From Patescibacteria group bacterium (GTDB taxonomy: Bacteria; Patescibacteriota; Microgenomatia; Levybacterales; UBA12049): DNA of 64,000 nt. The DNA lies in NCBI GenBank assembly GCA_026004395.1, contig BPJB01000001.1, positions 969,226 to 1,033,225 of the forward strand. Direction: 5' to 3'. Of the stretch, positions 10,251 through 19,061 are shown piece after piece (the first letter of the stretch is position 1; every line of letters begins with the position of its first letter). The notes below the pieces were generated by a model that saw only the letters and a list, made by a program, of their open reading frames with translations, had not been told where the DNA came from and searched no databases. Both the position numbers and the translations under genes were made by a program.

Positions 10251-13200
10251 TTAGTAATTGTTGACTACCGTCCACAAACTACCTCGTCCATATTTTCTCT
10301 CATGCATGACTCTTTGAATATAATCATAAAGTTCTTGTTGTAATTCATCGAGCTTACCTTCCTCGTAGGCTTTGAAGATGATATCAACAGCTTCTTCCCA
10401 TTCCCTATCTGTTAAGAAAGTCATATAACTACTGCCTTCTAGAACACGATCCATTCCCGGTGAACCTAGAGCACTTCCTTCTCCTTTTTGATCTCCCCAA
10501 AGATCATTCATTGTTGCTTCACCTCTTTTGATTTTTTTAATAATCTCCACTATATCCTCAGGTGTACGAGTAGGCAGACCCTCTAATCTCCAATCCTGAT
10601 TGAATTGATCAAGATTAATCAAAATGAAGGCACCAACACGATCAGGATCATTGTAGGCTCTCTTAAACTCTTCCCATGTCATGGTAGTTTGGGCATCATC
10701 TCCAATAATCCCATCTTTCTCCATACGAGCGCTGATGTTGTCACCATATCCATCAATAGTGATAATAGTCATACCATCAGCCATCTCCTCTACTGTTTTT
10801 TCAATGTCAATTCCTCTCTCAAAAGTAACAGTAGCTGTAGGTATTGCTGTCTCTGTGGGAGTAGGTGTATGTGTAGGAATTGGTGTCAAAGTGGCTGTTG
10901 GGGATGGTACCTCTGTGGGAGTTGTAGTAGCAGTAGTCGTTGGAGTAGGTGTTGCTGTCTCTGTTGGCTTTGCAGTTGCAGTGGCAGGAGGAGTTGCCGT
11001 CTCTGTGGGATTTGGGGTAGAAGTCGCTCTTGGAGTATATATAGGAGTTGGCTCAATAGTAGGAGTATTTTTAGCCTCTGCTGTTTCAGAAATAACCATA
11101 CCTGCTGTTGGTGAGACGACTTCTCCTGTTGGTGATGCAGCTACACCACTTGGGCGCTGGGTTGCTAATCGAGTAGCTGTAGATTTAGGTATGGGTGTTT
11201 GTTGCTCTTTTATATCATCATGATCACCAGTAACTATTCTCAAAAGATTAAATCCAACAATCAGAGGAGGCAACCAACCTATTTCTGCAGGATGCCAATT
11301 TTTAATCCTTTCTAGCAAAGTTCGTCTGGATTCTGAAATAACCTGCGAAGAAGTTGACTGATTACCTTGATCCAAGGGTAACGGAATATCTCCAGCTGGC
11401 AGTGCATCAATTATTTTTATTTCACCAGTATCAAGAGGAATTGGTATAGGACCAGATGTCAATGCCTCAGTTATCTTACCGGGAGCAAGAGAAAATGGTA
11501 TATCACCAGCTGGCAATGCCTGTGGTCTGTGAGATGATGTTAGTTTTTCTTCTGCAATCTTCTGAGTAGATTCCCCACCTAAAACATCTGCAGAAGGTAG
11601 TTGCGAAGTTCCAGATGATGCTCCACTTGTCCAATCAAAAAATCCACGCCCTTTATCAGGTAATCTATCTATACTTCCGATATCCCACCTGCCTGCACTT
11701 TGGGGTCCTCTATCATCTTGTTGAGTTTGAGGCACTGCTGGCTGAGGTGTAGTTATTTCCTGCTGATTATATTCTTCATAATCTTTGCCCATTTCACTGT
11801 CATCGCCAAATCTGCTTGTTATTTTTACAAACTTATTCCTCCTAAACTTCCTCAATCTATCAGTAGCACGATCAAAGATTAAACTGGGTGGCTGACCTGT
11901 TATGGCTGATACCAAAACTCCTCCTGCATCTTTGACATCTTGGGCTTTGTCAGATATCTTTTTTGCTATTCTTTTTTTTCTGCTTCCTGAAGTAAATGCT
12001 CCTTCTTTTTCCGGCACCACTTCTGAGAAAACTTCATCAGAGAAGGAATCCTCTATATTTGATGCTGTTTGGTGTGATCTAACCTCCTCTTTATTAATAT
12101 GAGTTGACTCAGCTGATGTATCCTGAATTCGTCGTTTTTTGGGTCTCTCACGATACAAAACCAACTCTTTTCTCTGATCTAATCTCGCAAGTGCTAATTC
12201 ATTGATTATTCTTACTCTTTGCTTTAAAGGACAAATGCTCAGATCAAAATCTTGTAAAGCAATCAGGCTGTCTTCCGCTAATCTGAGTTTGACTGCCTCA
12301 TCTTGTACAAGCAGATTGTAAAGCTGTTCATTCTTGCGCCTGTTTCCTCTCTCCCAGAAAGATTTACTTGCATCGCCTAGAATCTTTCTTCGTGATTCTA
12401 AAGTAGATATTCGTTGTTTAAGTTCCTCAAGAGTGCTAAGATCTTCAACACCAGCTTTACCTTGTGCAATATCTAAATCCAGCGTATCTATTGCCTCCTG
12501 AACGGTTCGGATTCGATTATTTAGAAAATTTAATATTCCATCAGTTGGCATTGATCTTCTTACACGATAAATCTCTACATTACTCTCTGGTTTATCCAAT
12601 GATGAGGGTATGAAATATTTTTCCTCTCTGCCTTTTATACCTTTACGCGTCACAAATGGACGCGTTTGCAGATAATCATCCAAAAGACGCAAAGTATCTG
12701 GTGAAAGATTATTGAGAAGCTGATGGTCTTCTGCAGTAAGAGTGTTCCTACGTATAAAAGCTATATCTTTTTGAATCGCAGCCTCCTCCTTCAGAGCTTG
12801 TTTAATGAGATTTCTTCCTTGTTCCTCCGGAAGAACTGCCGCATCTTGATAAGCTTGCTGAATTACTTTATTGGCAGCATCTTGTATCTCTTGATAAAAC
12901 TGTTCAGGATTTTCTCGAATGTACTCTGGGTTTATCTGATCCAAATTAAGATTTACTCTTTTAACCAGATCAATTAATCTTCTTTGTGCTTCAAAGCGTC
13001 GCAATGCTTTTCTTGCTCTTGCTTCTCGCTGTTTGGCTGTGCCACCAAAATGATCTGCAAGGTGTGTAAGAATCTGCAGTTGCATCTCATCAAGTGTGTC
13101 TTTGACGACACAGACAAGCTCAGAATTTTTTTCTTTCGCTGTTTTTTGCTCTATATCTTTATCGCCATTAGTCAGATCTCCTCCGAGTTTTTCACTTATT

Positions 13201-13343
13201 TCCTCACTAAATTTACCTGATGGATAATCAGCTGAAGAATAACTCTGTTCTGTACTAAAACCTGAGCTATTCGAATTACTGTTCTCTTGATCTTCTGAGA
13301 ACACAGAATTCATTTCTTGATTGATTTCTATATTTCTCCCCAT
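10251..13343 (-). CDS. large (1030 aa) hypothetical protein: acidic/coiled-coil N-terminal region, internal LPAGDIP repeats, one hydrophobic segment, Pro/Thr-rich linker, C-terminal globular domain
   Basis: Long uninterrupted ORF with no N-terminal signal peptide and one hydrophobic stretch (EIGWLPPLIVGFNLLRIV). About 85 aa of a (T/P/A/E)n linker are followed by roughly 220 aa of C-terminal domain with no recognised family. Confidence 0.6.
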   Translation of the reverse strand: MGRNIEINQEMNSVFSEDQENSNSNSSGFSTEQSYSSADYPSGKFSEEISEKLGGDLTNGDKDIEQKTAKEKNSELVCVVKDTLDEMQLQILTHLADHFGGTAKQREARARKALRRFEAQRRLIDLVKRVNLNLDQINPEYIRENPEQFYQEIQDAANKVIQQAYQDAAVLPEEQGRNLIKQALKEEAAIQKDIAFIRRNTLTAEDHQLLNNLSPDTLRLLDDYLQTRPFVTRKGIKGREEKYFIPSSLDKPESNVEIYRVRRSMPTDGILNFLNNRIRTVQEAIDTLDLDIAQGKAGVEDLSTLEELKQRISTLESRRKILGDASKSFWERGNRRKNEQLYNLLVQDEAVKLRLAEDSLIALQDFDLSICPLKQRVRIINELALARLDQRKELVLYRERPKKRRIQDTSAESTHINKEEVRSHQTASNIEDSFSDEVFSEVVPEKEGAFTSGSRKKRIAKKISDKAQDVKDAGGVLVSAITGQPPSLIFDRATDRLRKFRRNKFVKITSRFGDDSEMGKDYEEYNQQEITTPQPAVPQTQQDDRGPQSAGRWDIGSIDRLPDKGRGFFDWTSGASSGTSQLPSADVLGGESTQKIAEEKLTSSHRPQALPAGDIPFSLAPGKITEALTSGPIPIPLDTGEIKIIDALPAGDIPLPLDQGNQSTSSQVISESRRTLLERIKNWHPAEIGWLPPLIVGFNLLRIVTGDHDDIKEQQTPIPKSTATRLATQRPSGVAASPTGEVVSPTAGMVISETAEAKNTPTIEPTPIYTPRATSTPNPTETATPPATATAKPTETATPTPTTTATTTPTEVPSPTATLTPIPTHTPTPTETAIPTATVTFERGIDIEKTVEEMADGMTIITIDGYGDNISARMEKDGIIGDDAQTTMTWEEFKRAYNDPDRVGAFILINLDQFNQDWRLEGLPTRTPEDIVEIIKKIKRGEATMNDLWGDQKGEGSALGSPGMDRVLEGSSYMTFLTDREWEEAVDIIFKAYEEGKLDELQQELYDYIQRVMHERKYGRGSLWTVVNNY
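10850..11110 (-). repeat. Pro/Thr-rich low-complexity coding repeat (PT linker) inside the 10251..13343 CDS
   Basis: Encodes TPTIEPTPIYTPRATSTPNPTETATPPATATAKPTETATPTPTTTATTTPTEVPSPTATLTPIPTHTPTPTET. It generates the spurious opposite-strand ORFs 10605..11114 and 10681..11223. Confidence 0.5.
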
Positions 13344-13621
13344 AGCATATAGTATTATATCCTATAATATGTAAATTGGCAAATTTTATACCATTGGGGA
13401 AATAATTATTATCGTATGAAATAATATAGATATGTTGAATCACTTATACTTATACTCAGTATTTACCAATAGTATCTGCTATCTATGGAAAAAGATTATT
13501 TTAAGCAATATCAGAAAAAGAGTAATTTTTATAGTTGTTTTTATATTTATTACTTTAATTATAAATAATATTTCTTTTACAGTTTTTGGAGAAATTTAGC
13601 TGTTTAACTCCTAATCTGTTG

Positions 13622-13692
13622 TGGACTCGAGCGGAATCGAACCGCCTACTCTTCCATGCCATGGAAGCGTGTTACCGGTATACCACGAGCCC
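13622..13692 (-). tRNA. tRNA-Ala (anticodon GGC)
   Basis: The reverse complement folds as a cloverleaf with acceptor GGGCTCG/CGAGTCC, a G3:U70 pair (the Ala identity element), anticodon loop ATGGCAT (GGC) and T-loop TTCGATT. One D-stem mismatch. No encoded CCA. Confidence 0.6.
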
Positions 13693-13848
13693 TAACAAGT
13701 GTTATCAATTTTATAATATTTACAATAATAATAAAAGTTAGCGAAATTAATTGCTTTTAATTAGTTGCAAGGCTGTAAACTGAAACGTTATAGAACTTAG
13801 AATGATTCCCTAAACTTTAAGTTATAATATAACAATCAATATCTTTTT

Positions 13849-13921
13849 GGGCTCGTAGCTTAGCTGGTAGAGCGCAGCATTCGCATTGCTGAGGTCGGGA
13901 GTTCAAATCTCCTCGAGTCCA
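13849..13921 (+). tRNA. tRNA-Ala (anticodon CGC)
   Basis: GGGCTCGTAGCTTAGCTGGTAGAGCGCAGCATTCGCATTGCTGAGGTCGGGAGTTCAAATCTCCTCGAGTCCA. G3:U70 pair, anticodon loop TTCGCAT (CGC), T-loop TTCAAAT, clean cloverleaf. Confidence 0.8.
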
Positions 13922-13924
13922 CAA

Positions 13925-14893
13925 TTACTTAGACTTTTTGAGATTATCGAACTCTCTATAAACCAGTGCTGAAACCTCCTTAATACTTTGTGACATTTCT
14001 GCGAAATCATCTCCTCGAGACATTATACACAGTAAATACGGGTTATTCGGATAATAAACTATCCCACAATCATGGAGTTGTTTTTGCCCTTGAAAATTTC
14101 TCTCCCCAAATTTATTAGCAACACGTATATTAGATGGAACTCCTGCACGAATGCCTTTATCAAAATCAACTTCACTCAGAAGCTCCAATGCTTTTTGCGA
14201 GTATTCCCTTGAAAGATAAGAAGCGTTATACAAAATACGGAAAAAAGATGCATACTCTCTTACTGTCATATAATCCTCAAGACCTTTGACTCCGGGAATA
14301 GATAATCCTAAGTCCTTATAGACTTTATCTTGAATAGATAAGGGCAGGTTTTCTACAAGAATAGCCATTGCATCATTATCAGAATAAACAATCATACGCC
14401 TTATAAGTTCGTTAATCGTATATTCTTTCCCTTTTTCAATGGCATTACTAGGCTTAATGTTTTCATTAGCATTTAAATTAGTATTACCAGTATAAACAAC
14501 CTTTTTGTTGAGTATTGCAGGATTACTTTCAGCTGTAGAATAATATGCGATCATCACAGGAATCTTAAGAAGACTTGCGGGTGAAAACTCTTTATTCTCA
14601 TCAATCCCTATCCATGGACCATTATTTAAATCTCGAAGGTAGATAGACATTTCAGAAATATTATGTTTTTGTTTCATCTGATTCACCATCTCCTCAAGCT
14701 TGTATTGAATAGTGATAAGTTCTTTTTTTCTTTGTTGAGATTCTATCTCACATTCCAAAAGTGGATTGATCAAAGAGTATCCTCCTTGGCGTATTTGTCG
14801 TGGAGAATCTTGTGATCTAGAATTAAGATTTGCAAGCAATATTCCACTCAACATTCCCAAGACAAAAAAAACTAGCAAAACAACATTCTTCAT
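13925..14893 (-). CDS. serine hydrolase of the class A beta-lactamase / PBP-like family (putative)
   Basis: N-terminal TM or signal segment. S-x-x-K (ASLLK), SDN (YSDNDA) and a K[ST]G-like motif (KFG) occur in the canonical order and spacing. Confidence 0.5.
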   Translation of the reverse strand: MKNVVLLVFFVLGMLSGILLANLNSRSQDSPRQIRQGGYSLINPLLECEIESQQRKKELITIQYKLEEMVNQMKQKHNISEMSIYLRDLNNGPWIGIDENKEFSPASLLKIPVMIAYYSTAESNPAILNKKVVYTGNTNLNANENIKPSNAIEKGKEYTINELIRRMIVYSDNDAMAILVENLPLSIQDKVYKDLGLSIPGVKGLEDYMTVREYASFFRILYNASYLSREYSQKALELLSEVDFDKGIRAGVPSNIRVANKFGERNFQGQKQLHDCGIVYYPNNPYLLCIMSRGDDFAEMSQSIKEVSALVYREFDNLKKSK

Positions 14894-15217
14894 ATGTTTT
14901 AGATATATTATTACTACATATTTTCCCCTATCATTGCAAGAGGCTGTTTCTGGTTAGGGTCTAACGTAAGACTGTCATCTGAAGAACTTCAAAAACTCTC
15001 ATTACAACGTCCTTTAAACTTATATTTTCTCTATTTCTTTTGACTTTTTCCAAACTTGTCATTTCGACGAGCTAAGCAAGGAGAAATCCCGTCTGGCTCT
15101 TTCTTAGTGGTGAGGGGGATCTCTCGCTACGCTCGAGATGACAAAGAAAAAAACCGAGATGACAAAATCTTAACTGAATCATTAACGTGTACTACCTATT
15201 ATCAAAGCGTTAAACTC

Positions 15218-16381
15218 TTACCGAAGGTAAATCAGTGGATTAACGAGTATGCCATTTTTCCTGACCTCAAAATGAAGATGCGGACCTGTTGATCGACCTG
15301 TATTTCCGCTGGTACCAAGAACAGTCTGACCACCAGTAACACTTTGACCTACAGAGACATTTATTGTATTCATATGTGCATAATGTGTCTCTGTTCCTTG
15401 TCCATCACTAATCCATACATTAGTCCCATATCCTCCGTCCCAGCTGCCTATACTCACCTGTGTGACTGTACCACTATGTGCAGCAACAACAGGAGTGCCA
15501 ACAGGAGCTGTGATATCTATTGCCATATGATACCAAGAGGCATACTGAGAAATCCCGGTATTGTTAGGTAGTGGGAAAAAGAATGCACCAGCTGAGATAG
15601 CAGGTGCTGGCCCTTGAGCAAAGAATGTGCGCTGTTGCTGTTTGATAACATTGCGTTGACTCTGTGAGATATCTGGTTTAATACCATCAGGCACAATCAA
15701 CATTTGCCCCTCAACCAGCGCAAATGTCTCAGGATTGGCAAATTCATTGAAAGGGAAATCAACGATTTTCTGTGGATTGGTATCGTACTTCTTAGCAATC
15801 GAATAAACAGTATCTCCTTTCTGAACTTTATGCACTATTCCCGAAACAGGCAGAATCTTCAACTCATCTCCAACATTCAAATTGTCTGATGAAAGATCAT
15901 TAGCCCAACGAATCGTCTCTGTTGATATGCTAAACTTTTCTGCTATGGATGAAAGTGTATCTCCTTTCTGAACAGTATAAATTATCACTCTGTCACGAGG
16001 CTTTTGTGATCTCTTTGTCTCAAAAACATCCTCACCGACAACAATTGACTCCTGTTCGCGATTTTCAGCACTAGCAAGATTGACATTGACAACTGATGAG
16101 GGAAAAAGAGGATAAGTATCAGCAAGATAAGGTGCTATGAGAACCCCCGCACCCAAAACAGACATAGTTGTAAGATGCAAAAAAGGCCGATTGTAGCGGC
16201 CGCGTTTTATTATAAATAACTTGACTAAACGATTTTTATTCTTTTCAAAAGTAATTGAGGCAAAAATAATTTTGCGTTTGAGATAATAAAAAAAGAAGAA
16301 ATCAACAAACTCCAAACAGTGCGAACGCGCTATTTTATACCAGGCAGGGATACGCTCTAGTCGTAATCGCTTCATACACAA
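15218..16381 (-). CDS. LysM-domain M23 family metallopeptidase (cell-wall endopeptidase)
   Basis: Two LysM repeats (YTVQKGDTLSSIAEKF..., HKVQKGDTVYSIAKKY...) and the M23 catalytic motifs HMAIDITAPVGTPV and GNTGRSTGPHLHFEV. The true start may be the internal ATG at 16165 (MSVLGAGVLIAPY, a TM anchor). Confidence 0.8.
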   Translation of the reverse strand: MCMKRLRLERIPAWYKIARSHCLEFVDFFFFYYLKRKIIFASITFEKNKNRLVKLFIIKRGRYNRPFLHLTTMSVLGAGVLIAPYLADTYPLFPSSVVNVNLASAENREQESIVVGEDVFETKRSQKPRDRVIIYTVQKGDTLSSIAEKFSISTETIRWANDLSSDNLNVGDELKILPVSGIVHKVQKGDTVYSIAKKYDTNPQKIVDFPFNEFANPETFALVEGQMLIVPDGIKPDISQSQRNVIKQQQRTFFAQGPAPAISAGAFFFPLPNNTGISQYASWYHMAIDITAPVGTPVVAAHSGTVTQVSIGSWDGGYGTNVWISDGQGTETHYAHMNTINVSVGQSVTGGQTVLGTSGNTGRSTGPHLHFEVRKNGILVNPLIYLR

Positions 16382-16427
16382 GGTAAATTTAAGACTAACA
16401 GAATTTAACTAAACAGTCAAATTTATT

Positions 16428-17903
16428 CTATTTTTCTTTGCCAAGATTTTCTAAAAATTCTTCATTAGTTTCAGTCTTACTCAACTGATCAATCAATATG
16501 GCTGTGCGTTCTTCGGGGCTAAGCATATCCATCATGCGGCGCATAGTGACAATTTTTTTATAATATTTTTCCGGAAGGATGAGTTCTTCCTGACGTGTTC
16601 CCGAACGCTCAATATTGATAGCTGGAAAGATTCTTCGCTCAGCAAGACGACGATCCAGATGAAGTTCCATATTTCCTGTTCCTTTGAACTCCTCATAAAC
16701 TAAATCATCAAGACGTGATCCTGTATCAATAAGTGCTGTTCCAATAATAGTTAGTGAACCTCCTTCAGCACAGTTGCGAGCTGCACCAAAAAACCGTTTG
16801 GCAGGCCAGAGAGCTGCAGGATCAAATCCTCCTGTCAAAGTTCTACCGGAGGGCGCAACTGAGAGATTATACGCTCGTGCAAGACGAGTTATAGAATCAA
16901 GAAGTACGACAACATCCCTACCCTCCTCCACCAATCTTTTAGCTCGCTCTAGAGTGATCTCAGCAACTCGTGTCTGATGCTCGGGAGGCTCATCAAAGTT
17001 ACTAGCAACCACCTCTCCTTTTACAGACATAGTTATATCGGTTACTTCTTCAGGGCGCTCACCAATAAGCGCTGCCATTAGATGCACCTTGGGGTAGTTT
17101 TTAGCAATACCGGCAGCAATCTCCTTAAGAATAGTTGTTTTTCCAGCTTTGGGAGGAGAGACGATCATTCCCCGCTGACCAAATCCAATAGGAGCAATTA
17201 AATCAATAATACGAGTTGAAAGAGGGACTTTACCTGTCTCTAAAACAATTTGTTTTTTAGGATAAATAGGTGTTAAATCCTCAAACCAAGGCCTATTTAG
17301 CGACTCCTCAGGCGGTTTGCCATTGACTTTCTCCACCTTCAAGAGACCGTAATAGCGTTCATTGTCTTTAGGAGGCCTGGCTATACCCTCAACCTGATCT
17401 CCTGGTCGAAGAGAGAAACGTCTAATCTGAGATTGGGAAATGTAGATATCACGATTGGAGGGAACAAATTTGGGCCGTAAAAAACCATGACCCTCTGGTT
17501 GAATATCCAGAATACCAACAACTTTTTCAGTAGGAACGCTTTGAATCTGCTGTTGATATTGTCCATCATTTCTATAGCCTTTGTACTCTAAACCTTCTTC
17601 AGAGCTTGTACCTACTGATCCTTGTTGCAGAGGATCATATCTAAAATCATCTTCGCTTGATCCTTTAGATGATGTTTTGCGAAGATTTCTCTCATTTCTC
17701 AAGGGGATACCCACAAAATCTTCAACAGAAAGAGATGTCGCGTTCTCTGTTTGATCCTTGTAGCTTTCTTTCTCTTTTTTCACCTTGATCTCATCTGAAC
17801 CAACATCTAAGTCCTGAGATTGTGTGTGATCTGATTTTGAAATTGAAGATTTGCGATATGGCATAAAGATTATGTAGTAATTCTCACTTCTAACTTCTAA
17901 CAA
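16428..17903 (-). CDS. rho: transcription termination factor Rho with a roughly 130 aa N-terminal extension/insertion
   Basis: Walker A GQRGMIVSPPKAGKTT and the C-terminal block FPAINIERSGTRQEELIL are typical of Rho. The ORF-track start at 17903 is TTG; an alternative ATG at 17864 gives MPYRK. Confidence 0.85.
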   Translation of the reverse strand: MLEVRSENYYIIFMPYRKSSISKSDHTQSQDLDVGSDEIKVKKEKESYKDQTENATSLSVEDFVGIPLRNERNLRKTSSKGSSEDDFRYDPLQQGSVGTSSEEGLEYKGYRNDGQYQQQIQSVPTEKVVGILDIQPEGHGFLRPKFVPSNRDIYISQSQIRRFSLRPGDQVEGIARPPKDNERYYGLLKVEKVNGKPPEESLNRPWFEDLTPIYPKKQIVLETGKVPLSTRIIDLIAPIGFGQRGMIVSPPKAGKTTILKEIAAGIAKNYPKVHLMAALIGERPEEVTDITMSVKGEVVASNFDEPPEHQTRVAEITLERAKRLVEEGRDVVVLLDSITRLARAYNLSVAPSGRTLTGGFDPAALWPAKRFFGAARNCAEGGSLTIIGTALIDTGSRLDDLVYEEFKGTGNMELHLDRRLAERRIFPAINIERSGTRQEELILPEKYYKKIVTMRRMMDMLSPEERTAILIDQLSKTETNEEFLENLGKEK

Positions 17904-18138
17904 ACAAAGGTGAGATACTTTGAAAAATACCTAAAAGTTGCTTGTTAGACGAAAGTAGTAAGATAATTTTTGGAAATATGTCTTGCAGGAAGATCTGAAA
18001 AGACAAGTGTATTATACACCATACCCTAAGAGTTTTGTCAAGGAAGAAAATTTATAGTTAAATATGTACATCCTCTACTTTTATTCATCTAATTGACTTT
18101 CTCAATTATGATTGGTATTCTTCTGAACATATTATTTT

Positions 18139-18903
18139 ATGAAACATCTCTACAGCTTTATCTTGATTGGCGCATTTTTTTTATTGCCTGGTGACGTTCA
18201 TGCACAAACGCGTGATGAGATTCTTAGCTCTTGTTTTCCTCTTTTCGGAGGAGGGCAAACTTTTTGCCAACAAAGTAAAGATATTCTCATTGATAAAAAA
18301 CTGCTCTCCCCTGCAAAACAATTAAGCTTAAATGAAAATGCTTCTGATAGCGATTTTGTTGACAATGTAACACCTGATGGGACAGTCTATCTGCCAAATC
18401 AGCTTACTGCAGTTAGACTTTTTATCACCAATACCTCCAATCGTGAACTAAAAGATATCAAAGTTGAGGACTTACTACCTTTGCAGTATATTAACTTTGT
18501 AAAAAGTGATGGGCAGTATGATCCTAAAACCAAGACTGTAAAAGCAACAATTCAAAGCTTAAAACCAAAAGAAACGAAAACTCTTACTATTCTGCTTCAA
18601 ACAGTGCAAGCAGATCAACTTCCTCAAGAAGTCAATGCACTCTGTGTTGTCAATCAAGCTAGAGTAAATGTAGGCAGAGAACAAAGTCAAGACAATTCCC
18701 AGCTGTGTATCCAACCTCAAATACGCCAACAAGCCCCTGCATCACAACCCCCATCACAACCCCCAACAACCAAGGGAGGATTACCGCTCTACACACCTTC
18801 CCAACCACAAAAAACACCAAATACAGGAGCATCTTTAATAACTCTTGTTAGCCTTCTAACTTCTACTCTTGCCGGATTTTTACTGCGAAAAAAAATTAAA
18901 TGA
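18139..18903 (+). CDS. cell-surface protein with DUF11-like repeat domain and a C-terminal LPXTG-like (TPNTG) sorting signal
   Basis: Signal peptide, then LFITNTSNRELKDIKVEDLLPLQYINFV (DUF11-like), a PQ-rich linker, and a C-terminus of TPNTG, hydrophobic helix, RKKIK. Paralog of 2714..3400. Confidence 0.6.
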   Translation: MKHLYSFILIGAFFLLPGDVHAQTRDEILSSCFPLFGGGQTFCQQSKDILIDKKLLSPAKQLSLNENASDSDFVDNVTPDGTVYLPNQLTAVRLFITNTSNRELKDIKVEDLLPLQYINFVKSDGQYDPKTKTVKATIQSLKPKETKTLTILLQTVQADQLPQEVNALCVVNQARVNVGREQSQDNSQLCIQPQIRQQAPASQPPSQPPTTKGGLPLYTPSQPQKTPNTGASLITLVSLLTSTLAGFLLRKKIK

Positions 18904-18970
18904 AGTATACCAAGCTCGACTCCGACTCTATTCTTAAGATTCAACAAAAAAATAACTTCTAATCCCCACC

Positions 18971-18996
18971 AAGTATACAGGTATACCTGTATACTT
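18971..18996. promoter_or_regulatory. perfect 26-bp palindrome AAGTATACAGGTATACCTGTATACTT (operator or hairpin candidate)
   Basis: Fully self-complementary 26-mer in the intergenic gap between 18139..18903 and the GT2 gene. No T-tract follows it. Confidence 0.35.
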
Positions 18997-19061
18997 TGCA
19001 TAACAATTAGAGGGTTTTCTCCTCTAACTTGACAAAAATTAATCATGTATGATATTGTTTA

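Noticed and set aside
10605-11223. Plus-strand ORFs 10605..11114 and 10681..11223 (Cys/Ser/Val/Gly-rich)
   Set aside because: They are the mirror reading frames of the PT-rich repeat in the minus-strand 1030 aa gene. The low-complexity composition is an artefact of the repeat.
15056-15292. 78 aa plus-strand ORF 15056..15292
   Set aside because: It lies entirely within the repeat-containing intergenic leader, overlaps the 3' end of the M23 peptidase gene, and has no RBS. More plausibly non-coding.
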